NCBI GenBank assembly: GCA_044870185.1
Contig: JBIOYL010000033.1
Coordinates: 1 to 41,749, forward strand
Source of the DNA: Actinomycetes bacterium
GTDB lineage: Bacteria > Actinomycetota > CALGFH01
Reading direction: 5' to 3'
DNA: 41,749 nucleotides
A program made the translations under genes and the position numbers. The notes under the pieces were generated by a model, which searched no databases, was not told the origin of the DNA, and saw only the letters and a list, made by a program, of their open reading frames with translations. How positions within the stretch are numbered: position 1 is the stretch's first letter; the number at the start of each line of letters is the position of its first letter. This document shows, in pieces, positions 1 through 9,017 of this stretch.

Positions 1-1219
1 CCCCCTCCAGGAAGAACGTCAGCTGCGGCGCCGGGACGGCCAGGACGACCGTGCGGCGGAACCAGGCCCGCCGCACGGTCGGGTTGTTGATCCGCAGGAT
101 GTCGTAGGCGTAGCGGTCGGCCAGGACCACCCCGTGGGGGCCGAGCCGCGGTCGGACCTGCACCCAGTAGCGCAGGATCTCGTCGGCCAGGACGTGCAGG
201 GCACCCCGCAGCCGCCGCGGCGCGACGTCGCGGATGCGCGCCGGCCGCGGCCGCGGGCCGGTCTTGCCGCGCAGCCGGCGTACCAGCCGACGGGTCGGCA
301 GCAGCGGCTGGCCGCTGCCCAGGTACACGCGGTGGACGGGCAGGACGTCGCCGTGGCCGCCGAGCAGCCGGGTGAGCAGGTCGGTGAGGGTCGACTTGCC
401 CGAGCCGTCGGGTCCGAGGAACACGGCGAACACGCCCCGCGGCCACAGCCGCAGCCTGGCCTGGCGGACGGCGCTGCGCAGCGGGAACCAGGCCCGCCGG
501 GCCAGGTTGGCCGGCCGGCGCCGGTCCAGCGTCCGGCCGAGCGGCCCCCGCAGGCGGAGCAGGTCGGCTTCGGTGCGGACCCGGTCGAGCCGCCGGCCGA
601 GGGTGGGGCCGAGACGCTCGGCGGCCAGCCGCTCGAGGCCGCCCGGGTCGGCCGCCCGGAGGGTGGCCAGCCGCTCGACGTACTTCGGCTTGAGCGCCCG
701 CTTGTGCAGGGCGGCGTGCAGCAGCAGCGCGTAGGCTTCCATGGCCGGGGTCGGCACCCACAGCGTCCCGGCCCGACGGCGGTGGGCAAGCAGGTCCTCG
801 GCGTCGACCAGGACCCGGCCCCGGTAGCGGGCGGCGGTCTGCACGTCGACGTGCAGCAGCAGGCGGCCGCTGAGGTCGGCCGCGGCCACGTCGAACGTCT
901 CGTGCTCGATCCCGGCGTAGGCGCGCAGCAGCAGCAGGCCCTGACGGGCCACCAGCGCCCGCACGACCGGGTCGATGCGGGCCGCGTCGGCGGGGTGCAC
1001 CAGCAGGTCGAGGTCGTGGCCGACCCGGTCGGGCAGGTCCTCGTGGTTGCGCAGGACCATCCACCTGACGCCCGCCTGGTCGAGCGCCACGGTGAGCGCC
1101 TGCACGAAGCCGGCGACCCAGTCGGCCGCGGCGGCCGGGTGACCGCCGGCCGGAGCGGCGGCGGCCGGATGGCCGGTGGCCGACGGGGCGGCGGGCGATG
1201 GGTGTCTGGTCTCGGTCAT
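1..1219 (-). CDS. Nucleotidyltransferase-like plus thymidylate/NMP kinase-like fusion (3' end runs off the window)
   Basis: Not in the ORF track; translated by hand from ATG at 1219, which overlaps the upstream stop (ATGA). N-half has LRNHEDLPDRVGHDLDLLV (DxD NTase-type motif). C-half has Walker A GPDGSGKST and the VLADRY motif of TMPK-like kinases. Confidence 0.75.
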   Translation of the reverse strand, partial: MTETRHPSPAAPSATGHPAAAAPAGGHPAAAADWVAGFVQALTVALDQAGVRWMVLRNHEDLPDRVGHDLDLLVHPADAARIDPVVRALVARQGLLLLRAYAGIEHETFDVAAADLSGRLLLHVDVQTAARYRGRVLVDAEDLLAHRRRAGTLWVPTPAMEAYALLLHAALHKRALKPKYVERLATLRAADPGGLERLAAERLGPTLGRRLDRVRTEADLLRLRGPLGRTLDRRRPANLARRAWFPLRSAVRQARLRLWPRGVFAVFLGPDGSGKSTLTDLLTRLLGGHGDVLPVHRVYLGSGQPLLPTRRLVRRLRGKTGPRPRPARIRDVAPRRLRGALHVLADEILRYWVQVRPRLGPHGVVLADRYAYDILRINNPTVRRAWFRRTVVLAVPAPQLTFFLEG

Positions 1220-3057
1220 GGCGTGCTCCGTTCCTGGATCTGGGCGCCGGCCGGCGGCGCCGGCCGGGCCGGCGGACGGCCGGCGAGCTCGTCGGCCCAG
1301 GTGCCCGGCCAGGCCGCGAGCGCGCGCAGGACCGAGCCCCAGCCCTGCACCGACCGGGGCGAGTCGGTGGCCTGGACGACCTGGCGGACCAGGTACAAGG
1401 GGACGGCCACCGGCAGCCAGGCGAGCGGGATCCCGGCCTGCCGGAAGGCGCCGGCCAGGGCCTGCCGGGCGCTGTCGGCGAGCCAGCTCGCCTGCACGAA
1501 CGCGGCCCGGAAGCCGGTGGCGAACTGCGGCTCGGCGCTGCCCGCCCACCGGCCGAGGTCACCCCAGCCGGGCAGCGCCCCGGCGCCGCGGCGGGGCAGC
1601 GAGCGGTAGCGGTCGAGGTGGTAGGCGGCCGAGCCGACCGCCTTGACCGGGTCCCAGATGGGCAGGTCGTCGACGGCGGCCCGCTCCCAGTCGACCACCC
1701 CGCAGACCTCCCCGGCCTCGACGAGCACGTTGCCCGCCCAGTAGTCGCCGTGGCTGGCCACCAGCGGCAGCGGCGTGCCGACCAGGCCACGAGCCCGCTC
1801 CAGGACCCGGTCCAGCAGGCCGGCGACGGCCGGGTCGCCGCCGAGGGCGGCCAGGCCGGCCGCGACCAGCGCCTCCAGCCTGGCCGCGATCAGGGCCTCG
1901 TCGACGACCACGAGACGGCGCGAGGCGCCCTGCAGGGCCAGCCACCACGACAGCACCAGGTCCAGCTGGGCGGCCACCCGGGCCGGGCGCAGCCGGCCGC
2001 TGGCGGTCTCGGCGACCAGGTGGCGGCCGGGGACACCGGTCTGCAGCAGCACCTGGATGCCGTCGACGTCGTGGAGGCCGAGCGGGCGGGGAAGCGCGTG
2101 CCGGACCGGCCCGCGCACGACGGCCCGGACGCCGTCCAGGGCATGGGCCTCGCGCTCGAGCGCCGGCGCCGAGGCGCCGTAGCGGGGCAGCTTGGCCACC
2201 ACCGCCGGGGCCCGGTCACCCGGGCGGAACAGCAGCACCGCGACCGTGCCGGTGGTCGGCCGGCGGTGGCCGACGACCAGGGCGCCGAGGCGGGCCGGGG
2301 GCCGGCCGGGCAGCTCGAGCCCGTCCCACGACGAGCAGACCAGGTCGACCACACCGTCGACGAGCCTCCGCGGGGCCGACGCGCCCGGCAGTGCGACCAG
2401 CCGTCCCGGGGCGGCGCGCAGCGCCAGCGTAGGCGGCGCGGCCAGCGCCGCCCGGTTGCACGCCTGCCGCACCCGGACACGCGCCCGCCGCACCCGGGCC
2501 CGCGGACCGCCGCCGCCGCCGGTCCGGTAGGCGAAGGCGATGCGGCGCACGAAGTACCGGGCCGCCTCGCGGTCGCCCGGCCGGAGCAGGAACGCCGGCC
2601 GCCCGGGGCCGGGCAGGGCCGCGAGCGCGACCCCTGGCACGGCCCGGACGCCGGCCGGGGCCCGACCGGCCAGGCCGGCCCGGAACCCGACCAGCAGCGA
2701 GCCGGTCGGGCGGCACAGGCGACGCGCCTCGTCGAGCACGCGGCCAGGCGGCCGGCCGGTGCGCTCGAGGTCCTCGACGGCGACGAGGTCGAAGCAGCCG
2801 TCGGCAAACGGTGCCCGGTCGGGCCGGGCCGGCACCGCCCGCCACCCGGGGCCGGCTCGGACGCTCGGGGCGACGACCACGGCGAGGCTGGCCAGCTCGG
2901 CCAGGTGCGGGCCCAGACGGTCGCCGCCGAGCTGGCAGGCGGCGGGCAGGCGCCCGGCGGGCAGGCGCCCGCCGGGCAGGAACACGCGGGCGTTGGCCCA
3001 GACATGGTCGACCGAAGCCGGCGGCGAGGCCGGCGGGTCGGCACCGTGCGCAAGCAT
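1216..3057 (-). CDS. Methyltransferase-like plus aminoglycoside phosphotransferase (APH)/kinase-family fusion protein
   Basis: N-part PFADGCFDLV...VLDEARRLCRPTGSLLVG (class I MTase motifs II/III). C-part VVAKLPR, HGDYWAGNVL and VVDWE (APH/choline kinase motifs). Confidence 0.7.
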   Translation of the reverse strand: MLAHGADPPASPPASVDHVWANARVFLPGGRLPAGRLPAACQLGGDRLGPHLAELASLAVVVAPSVRAGPGWRAVPARPDRAPFADGCFDLVAVEDLERTGRPPGRVLDEARRLCRPTGSLLVGFRAGLAGRAPAGVRAVPGVALAALPGPGRPAFLLRPGDREAARYFVRRIAFAYRTGGGGGPRARVRRARVRVRQACNRAALAAPPTLALRAAPGRLVALPGASAPRRLVDGVVDLVCSSWDGLELPGRPPARLGALVVGHRRPTTGTVAVLLFRPGDRAPAVVAKLPRYGASAPALEREAHALDGVRAVVRGPVRHALPRPLGLHDVDGIQVLLQTGVPGRHLVAETASGRLRPARVAAQLDLVLSWWLALQGASRRLVVVDEALIAARLEALVAAGLAALGGDPAVAGLLDRVLERARGLVGTPLPLVASHGDYWAGNVLVEAGEVCGVVDWERAAVDDLPIWDPVKAVGSAAYHLDRYRSLPRRGAGALPGWGDLGRWAGSAEPQFATGFRAAFVQASWLADSARQALAGAFRQAGIPLAWLPVAVPLYLVRQVVQATDSPRSVQGWGSVLRALAAWPGTWADELAGRPPARPAPPAGAQIQERSTP

Positions 3058-3063
3058 GCCGGC

Positions 3064-3159
3064 ACGCTAGCGCCGGGCCGGCCCGACCGGACCGGCCGAA
3101 TGACGCACCGGCCCGTACGTCGGCGGGCCGATGGCCACGCCGTCTCCGGCCCGTACGCT
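3064..3159. promoter_or_regulatory. Putative bidirectional promoter: CGCA-N8-TACG site (3104-3119) flanked by -10 boxes on both strands
   Basis: TAGCGT on the minus strand (3069-3064, 6 nt before ATG 3057, leaderless-like) and TACGCT on the plus strand (3154-3159), each 34 nt from the palindrome. Confidence 0.55.
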
Positions 3160-3254
3160 CGGGGCCAGTCCCGAACGAGGGCGGGACCGGGAGCATGACG
3201 CCACCGCCCGGTCGGCGCCGCTACGGCCCCGCCTTCCACCCCAGGGAGCGTGCC

Positions 3255-3956
3255 GTGCCCGAGGTCATCGCCATCGTCCTGTCCGGCGGCAGCGGGAGCC
3301 GGTTCCACGGCTCGTTCATCCCCAAGCAGTTCGCCGAGATCGAGGGCAAGCCGATCCTGGCCTACTGCCTGGACACCTACGAGCAGCTCCCGGCGGTGGA
3401 CGAGGTCGTGCTGGTCATCAACGCCCGCTACGAGCAGCTCTACTACGACATCTGCTCGACCTTCGGCCATCTCAAGGTGCGCAGGTTCGTGCCGGGCGGA
3501 GCGAGCCGGCAGGAGTCGGTGGCCCGAGGGCTGGCCGCCATCGAGCCCTGCGAGATCGTGGTGGTGCAGGACGGGGTGCGCCCGTTCTCCTCCGAGAAGT
3601 CGATCGTGGAGGCGATCGAGGCCGCCCGGCTGTACGGGGCGGCCGACGTCGTGGTCCCCACCCTGGACACCATCGTCGAGGAGCGGGACGGGTTCATCGT
3701 GCGCATCCCCGACCGGGCCGGGCTGCGCAACGGGCACGCCCCCCAGGCGTTCCGCTACGACGTGCTCGTCCGGGCCCACGAGCATGCCCGCGCGGCCGGG
3801 ATCGAGGGGGCGACCGACGACGCCCAGCTCGTGCTCGCCCAGGGCGGCCGGGTCCGCTGCGTCGAGGGTTCCTTCGAGGGCTTCAAGGTCACCACCTACG
3901 TGGACTGGCTGTTCGCCCAGCAGGTGCTGGCGGCCCGCCGCCACGGCCGGCTGTGA
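3255..3956 (+). CDS. tarI: IspD/TarI-family cytidylyltransferase (probable ribitol-5-phosphate cytidylyltransferase)
   Basis: LSGGSGSRF...PKQF, GGASRQES, QDGVRPF, TDDAQL and FKVTT motifs; GTG start behind AGGGAG; next to a TarJ-like gene. Confidence 0.8.
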   Translation: MPEVIAIVLSGGSGSRFHGSFIPKQFAEIEGKPILAYCLDTYEQLPAVDEVVLVINARYEQLYYDICSTFGHLKVRRFVPGGASRQESVARGLAAIEPCEIVVVQDGVRPFSSEKSIVEAIEAARLYGAADVVVPTLDTIVEERDGFIVRIPDRAGLRNGHAPQAFRYDVLVRAHEHARAAGIEGATDDAQLVLAQGGRVRCVEGSFEGFKVTTYVDWLFAQQVLAARRHGRL

Positions 3957-3963
3957 CCCGACG

Positions 3964-5082
3964 ATGCACGACGGCGGCGTTCCCGCAACGGTCTACCGGC
4001 TCACGCACCCGTTCCGGATCGAGCCGTTCGAGGAGCCGACCGCGCCGCTGCGCCCGGGGACCGTGCTGCTGCGCCCGCTGCGCACCGGCATCTGCGGCTC
4101 GGACCTGAAGCTGTACGCGGGCACGCGGGAGCGCAGCGTGCTGCGCAGCAAGCTGCCGATCGCGCTGCTGCACGAGGGCGTGGCCGAGGTGGCGGCGATC
4201 GGCGAGGGTGTGAGCCTGGCCGTCGGGCAGCGCGTCGTGCCGTCGCCCAACATCCCCTGCACGATCGCCGACCCGGCGCGCTACCCGAGTGCCGAGCGGG
4301 CCTGCGCCGCGTGCCGTCCGGGTGGGCCCGGCGCCAACTACTGCCTGGCAGGCCGGTTCCTGTCCAGCAGCTGCGACGGGCTCGCCCGCACCGCCTTCGT
4401 CCATCCCGCCGCCTGCTCGGTGCCCGTCCCACCTGCCGTCGCCGACTGCCTGGCCGTGCTCGCCGAGCCGCTGGCCACGGTCCTGGCCGGCATGGAGCAC
4501 GCCGCCGCCCCGGCCGGCGGACGGTTCCTGGTGCTCGGCAACGGCGCCATGGGCCTGCTCGCGGCGATCGCCCTGCAGGCGACGCGAGGGGTCGAGCCGA
4601 GCCGGATCCTGATGACCGGGCACGGCTGGGAGAGCCGCGCCGCGACCGTCGAGCACCTGGCCACCCCGCTGGACGGCGGCGGCGCGCTCACCCACCCCCT
4701 GGCGGGCCAGGTCGACGTGGCGTTCGAGTGCGTGGGCGGCGACGGGGCCGCGGAGACCCTGTCGACCGCCATCGGCATGCTCCGGCCGGGCGGCCGGGGT
4801 GTGCTGTTCGGGCCCTCGGAACGGCCCGTGCTGTTCGACGCTCGCGCGGTCATCGCCAAGGGGCTGACCTTCGTGGGCTGCAACCGCGCCCGCGTCGAGC
4901 ACCTCATCCGCGCGCTCGAGCTGGCCGCCCGGCCGGCGGTGCGACCGCTGCTGGAGCGGGCGCTGGCCGCCAAGGAGTTCACCGTCCAGGCCGCCCGCGA
5001 CCTCGACGACGCCCTGTATCACGCCTGGACGAAGACCGAACCGGGCCGCACGGTCGCCGTCTGGTACCCGACCGGGCCATGA
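3964..5082 (+). CDS. tarJ: Zn-dependent MDR dehydrogenase, TarJ-like (ribulose-5-phosphate reductase)
   Basis: RPLRTGICGSDLKLYAGTRERSVLRSKLPIALLHEGV closely resembles the TarJ N-terminus; GNGAMG Rossmann motif; directly downstream of tarI. Confidence 0.72.
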   Translation: MHDGGVPATVYRLTHPFRIEPFEEPTAPLRPGTVLLRPLRTGICGSDLKLYAGTRERSVLRSKLPIALLHEGVAEVAAIGEGVSLAVGQRVVPSPNIPCTIADPARYPSAERACAACRPGGPGANYCLAGRFLSSSCDGLARTAFVHPAACSVPVPPAVADCLAVLAEPLATVLAGMEHAAAPAGGRFLVLGNGAMGLLAAIALQATRGVEPSRILMTGHGWESRAATVEHLATPLDGGGALTHPLAGQVDVAFECVGGDGAAETLSTAIGMLRPGGRGVLFGPSERPVLFDARAVIAKGLTFVGCNRARVEHLIRALELAARPAVRPLLERALAAKEFTVQAARDLDDALYHAWTKTEPGRTVAVWYPTGP

Positions 5083-5097
5083 GCACGAACGGCTCCG

Positions 5098-5153
5098 CGT
5101 AGCGGCGGCTACGCTCGCCGCGCGATGGCCGCCGGCCTCGGGCTGCGTAGCGT
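5098..5153 (+). promoter_or_regulatory. CGTA-N8-TACG operator (5098-5113) with TAGCGT -10 box (5148-5153)
   Basis: Exact palindromic arms in an intergenic region; same spacing as the other copies. Confidence 0.55.
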
Positions 5154-5205
5154 ACCTGTGCGCTTGGATTGCGGAGGCGGTCGAATAGCTGCTGAAGGGG
5201 GGCAG

Positions 5206-6006
5206 GTGTCCTACACGCTGGAGGAGGTGCGCGTCGCCGCCAAGCGGGAACCGTTCCGGGCCGGCGTGCGCATGCGCCTGGTGATGCCCCGGATCTCGGT
5301 GCGCGTCACCCGCTGGCTGCTCAACCACGCCGGCTCGGTGACGCCCAACCAGGTGACGGCGCTGTCGGCCGTGCTCGGCATCCTCGCCGGCTGTTGCCTG
5401 CTGGCGCCGGGCGGGGTGGCTGCGGCCGTGGCCGCGTTCGTCGTCTACCAGCTCCACATCCTGTTCGACTACGTCGACGGCGAGCTCGCCCGCGTCAAGC
5501 ACATGGAGAGCTTGCTGGGCGGCTACTACGACCTCATGGTCGGCCGGCTGACCAAGCCGGTGGTGCTGTACTGCGCCGCGGTCGGCACCTGGCTCGGCGA
5601 CCGGCACCCCGCCGACCTGGCCCTGGGGACGCTCATCGTCCTCGGGTTCTTCCTGGACAAGGAGGCCGTGGACGTCTGGTACCGGGTCAACGCGGGCCGG
5701 GCCGACATCGAGGACCGCTACGTCGTTCGCTCCGAGCGGACGCTGGGCGGCGCGGCCAGGCTGGCCGCCCGGGTCGCGGTCGGGCTGCGTGGCATCCAGG
5801 CGTTCCTCGGCTACCAGATCCTCGCGGCCGTGGTCACCTGGGCCGGCGTCGAGCAGGTCAGTGTCTTCGGGCTGCGCCTGGCGCCCCGCAGTCTGGTCCT
5901 GGCCGGCTATGCCGTCGCGTTCCCGGCCGTGGCCCTGGTGCGCACCATCTACATCGCCCGCACGGGCCACGTCCCCCGTCGCCAGGACCTGGTGCTCGAC
6001 CGCTAG
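5206..6006 (+). CDS. CDP-alcohol phosphatidyltransferase/phosphotransferase family membrane protein
   Basis: TPNQVT and DYVDGELAR...GGYYD signature; hydrophobic segments; GTG start behind a G-rich RBS. Confidence 0.8.
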   Translation: MSYTLEEVRVAAKREPFRAGVRMRLVMPRISVRVTRWLLNHAGSVTPNQVTALSAVLGILAGCCLLAPGGVAAAVAAFVVYQLHILFDYVDGELARVKHMESLLGGYYDLMVGRLTKPVVLYCAAVGTWLGDRHPADLALGTLIVLGFFLDKEAVDVWYRVNAGRADIEDRYVVRSERTLGGAARLAARVAVGLRGIQAFLGYQILAAVVTWAGVEQVSVFGLRLAPRSLVLAGYAVAFPAVALVRTIYIARTGHVPRRQDLVLDR

Positions 6007-6123
6007 CAGCTCGGCTGCTGCTGCGGCCCGGTGCCGCCGCCGTCGTCGCGACGGGAGCGCGGGCTCCCGCGGCGGCTCACCGCGCTGGTGAACAGCCGGC
6101 CAGGCCGAGCGCCGACATCTGAC

Positions 6124-6180
6124 CGTAAGGAGCGCTACGCCGAATGCTCGTAGCCTCCTTGGCCGCGGAGCACCTACCGT
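6124..6180 (+). promoter_or_regulatory. CGTA-N8-TACG operator (6124-6139) with TACCGT -10 box (6175-6180)
   Basis: Exact arms, intergenic, upstream of sat-cysC. Confidence 0.55.
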
Positions 6181-6221
6181 CACGTTGGTTCCTGCTGGTA
6201 CGGCGTGAACGTGACAATGGG

Positions 6222-8039
6222 GTGAAACGCACGAGCACCACGGACCTGGCGTTGGCGTGTGCGGCACCGAGCGTCCCGCATGGTGGCCGTCTGGTCGACC
6301 GACGGCTCGAGCCGGGGGAGGCGGTGGGGCTCGTGCGGGGTGCGTCCTCGCTGACCTTGTCCCCGGCGGAGGCGGCCGACCTGCAGGCGCTGGCCACCGG
6401 GGTCTACAGCCCGCTGCTGGGGTTCATGGGCAGCGCCGAGCACGAGGCCTGTACGCAGACGATGCGGCTGCCGGACGGGCTGCTGTGGCCCATTCCGGTG
6501 TGTCTTGGGGTGCCGGAGGGGGTCAGCATCCGCGGCGATCGGCTCGCGCTGCGCGATGCGCACGGCGGGGTGCTCGGTGTGCTGGAGGTCCACGAGTTGT
6601 ACCGGCGCGACCGGCTGGGTGAGGCGGAGCGGGTGTTCGGGACGGCCGATCCGGCCCATCCCGGCGTCGCTCGGGTCCTCGGCGCGCCCGCCCTGGCGGT
6701 TGCCGGCCCGGTCCGGGCGGTGGTCGGGCCGTTGGATGGCCTGGCGGGCCGGTACGCGCTGACCCCGGCCAAGACGCGGGCGGCGTTTGTGGCCCGGGGC
6801 TGGCGCACGGTTGTCGGTTTCCAGACCCGCAACCCGATCCATCGGGCGCACGAGTACCTGCAGAAGTGCGCGCTGGAGATCTGCGACGGCCTGCTGCTGC
6901 ACCCGCTGGTGGGGCCGACCAAGGACGGCGACGTGCCGGTGGAGGTGCGCATGCGGGCCTACCAGGCGGCGCTGCGGTACTTCCCGGCCGGGCGGGTGCT
7001 GCTGGCGGCCCTGGTCGCGCCGATGCGGTACGCCGGGCCCCGGGAGGCCCTGCTGCACGCGCTGGTGCGCAAGAACCACGGTTGCACCCACTTCATCGTC
7101 GGGCGCGACCAGGCCGGCGTCGGTGCCTACTACGGTCCCTTCGACGCGCAGCGGCTGCTCGCGTCGCTGCCGCCCGGGGAGCTTGGCATCACGCCGCTGC
7201 TGTTCGACGAGGTGTTTCATTGTGCGGCCTGTGGTGGCATGGCCTCCGCCAAGACCTGTCCCCATCCCGACAGCGAGCGGGTCGCGCTGTCAGGCACCAG
7301 GGTGCGGGGCATGCTGCGCGGCGGCGAGCCGGTCGGGCCGCAGTTCGTGCGGCCCGAGGTCGCGGAGGTGCTGCGGGGCGCCTATCAGCGTCCAAACGGC
7401 GACGGCCAGCCGGTTGGCCGGTCGGTGGGGGGGGCCGAGCCGATGCCCAAGCCAGCGACCCAGGCTGGCTTTGTGGTCTGGTTCACCGGCTTCTCCGGTG
7501 CGGGGAAGTCCACCGTGGCGAGCGCCCTGGCGTCCTGCCTGCTCCAGCGGGGGCACCGGGTGGAGCTGCTGGACGGCGACGAGGTCCGCGCCAACCTCTC
7601 CCGGGGGCTTGGGTTCAGCCGCCAGGACCGGGATGCGAACATCGCTCGCATCGGCTATGTTGCCGCGAAGCTGGCCCGCCACGGCGTAGCCGTGCTGGTC
7701 GCCGCCGTCTCGCCGTATCGGGAGGCCAGGGATCGGGTGCGCGGCCTGGTGGACCATTTCGTCGAGGTGCACGTGGCCACGTCGCTTGCGACCTGCGCCG
7801 AGCGTGACGTCAAGGGCCTCTACGCGCGGGCGCTGGCCGGCCAGCTCCCCCAGTTCACCGGCGTGTCGGACCCCTACGAGCCGCCGCCGGCTCCCGAGGT
7901 GGTCCTGCACACCGACCGCGAGCCGGTCGAACGCTCGGTCGGGCAGGTCGTGGCTTGCCTCGAGCGGCTCGGGCTCACCGCGGCGGTGCGGGCGCACGGG
8001 CACCACGCGAGCGCAGGCCGTCGATCCGCACCAGGTTGA
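6222..8039 (+). CDS. sat: Bifunctional sulfate adenylyltransferase / adenylyl-sulfate kinase (Sat-CysC fusion, PAPS synthesis)
   Basis: Sat motifs [33 protein letters not shown]. In-frame CysC domain [35 protein letters not shown]. Start codon uncertain. Confidence 0.92.
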   Translation: MKRTSTTDLALACAAPSVPHGGRLVDRRLEPGEAVGLVRGASSLTLSPAEAADLQALATGVYSPLLGFMGSAEHEACTQTMRLPDGLLWPIPVCLGVPEGVSIRGDRLALRDAHGGVLGVLEVHELYRRDRLGEAERVFGTADPAHPGVARVLGAPALAVAGPVRAVVGPLDGLAGRYALTPAKTRAAFVARGWRTVVGFQTRNPIHRAHEYLQKCALEICDGLLLHPLVGPTKDGDVPVEVRMRAYQAALRYFPAGRVLLAALVAPMRYAGPREALLHALVRKNHGCTHFIVGRDQAGVGAYYGPFDAQRLLASLPPGELGITPLLFDEVFHCAACGGMASAKTCPHPDSERVALSGTRVRGMLRGGEPVGPQFVRPEVAEVLRGAYQRPNGDGQPVGRSVGGAEPMPKPATQAGFVVWFTGFSGAGKSTVASALASCLLQRGHRVELLDGDEVRANLSRGLGFSRQDRDANIARIGYVAAKLARHGVAVLVAAVSPYREARDRVRGLVDHFVEVHVATSLATCAERDVKGLYARALAGQLPQFTGVSDPYEPPPAPEVVLHTDREPVERSVGQVVACLERLGLTAAVRAHGHHASAGRRSAPG

Positions 8040-8095
8040 GAACGCGCAGCGATCGCCCCGGCCAACGGGCAGACCGACAGGAGAACGAGGCGACG

Positions 8096-9004
8096 ATGCG
8101 GCTCGGGACGAAGGCAGCCACGACCAGAGCGACCGCGGGAGGCCTGATCCTGCCCGACTTCGTGATCATCGGCGCCCAGAAGGGCGGCACCGTCTGGCTG
8201 AACGACTGCCTCCGCGAGCACCCCGACGTCTACATGAGCCCGGACGTCCACGAGATCTTCTTCTTCGACCGCTACTTCGACCGGGGCGTCCAGTGGTACG
8301 CCCACTACTTCCGCAACTACGGTGGGCAGCGGCGGATCGGGGAGACCACCTCGACCTACCTGGCCCATCCGCTGGTGCCGCAGCGGCTGCGCCAGGTGCT
8401 GCCGCAGGCGACGGTGATCGCCTCGCTCCGCAACCCCCTCGAACGTGCCTGGTCGCGGTACCTGCACCTGTGGCGCAAGGGCGACATCCCAGCCGGCCTC
8501 TCGTTCGGTCAGGCCTGCGATGCCGCACCGGACATCGTCGCCGGCGGCGAGTACTTCCGCTGCCTGCGGCCCTGGCGTGAACGGTTCCCGGCGGAGCGGC
8601 TGCACTGTCTCGTCTTGGACGACGCCCGCGACGACCCGTTCGGGTACCTGCGGCGCCTCTACCAGCTCCTCGGGGTCGACCCTGAGTTCCGCGCCGCCAA
8701 GACGACCGGCAGGAGCAACGAGCACCACACGCCCCGGTCCCTCAAGGCCGCGAACCTCGCCTACCACGTCTCCCGCTCCCTGCACCGCCGCGGCCTCCAC
8801 CCGGTCGTCGAACGCCTGAAGGCGCTCGGCGCGCGGCGCCTGGTCCTGGAGGGCGGCCGCAACCCCGCCAAGGAGCCGCCACCCATGTCTCAGGCCGACC
8901 GGGAGCGCCTGCGGGCGCACTACTACGCCGATGTCGCGGCGCTGTCCGAGTTGACCGGCCGCGACCTGGTGAGGCTGTGGCTCGACCGCGAGGCCGCCCG
9001 CTGA
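8096..9004 (+). CDS. PAPS-dependent sulfotransferase (heparan sulfate sulfotransferase-like)
   Basis: PDFVIIGAQKGGT (5'-PSB) and LRNPLERAWS (3'-PB). Confidence 0.9.
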   Translation: MRLGTKAATTRATAGGLILPDFVIIGAQKGGTVWLNDCLREHPDVYMSPDVHEIFFFDRYFDRGVQWYAHYFRNYGGQRRIGETTSTYLAHPLVPQRLRQVLPQATVIASLRNPLERAWSRYLHLWRKGDIPAGLSFGQACDAAPDIVAGGEYFRCLRPWRERFPAERLHCLVLDDARDDPFGYLRRLYQLLGVDPEFRAAKTTGRSNEHHTPRSLKAANLAYHVSRSLHRRGLHPVVERLKALGARRLVLEGGRNPAKEPPPMSQADRERLRAHYYADVAALSELTGRDLVRLWLDREAAR

Positions 9005-9017
9005 GCCGCACGCCAGG

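Noticed and set aside
134-3198. Long plus-strand ORFs (491 and 666 aa) and similar long antisense ORFs across the window (e.g. 23294-26752, 30099-32495, 38900-41644)
   Set aside because: They are shadow frames of real opposite-strand genes in very high-GC DNA and have no recognisable motifs.
3255-3956. Housekeeping ispD of the MEP pathway
   Set aside because: Its neighbours are a TarJ-like reductase and glycan genes, not ispF.
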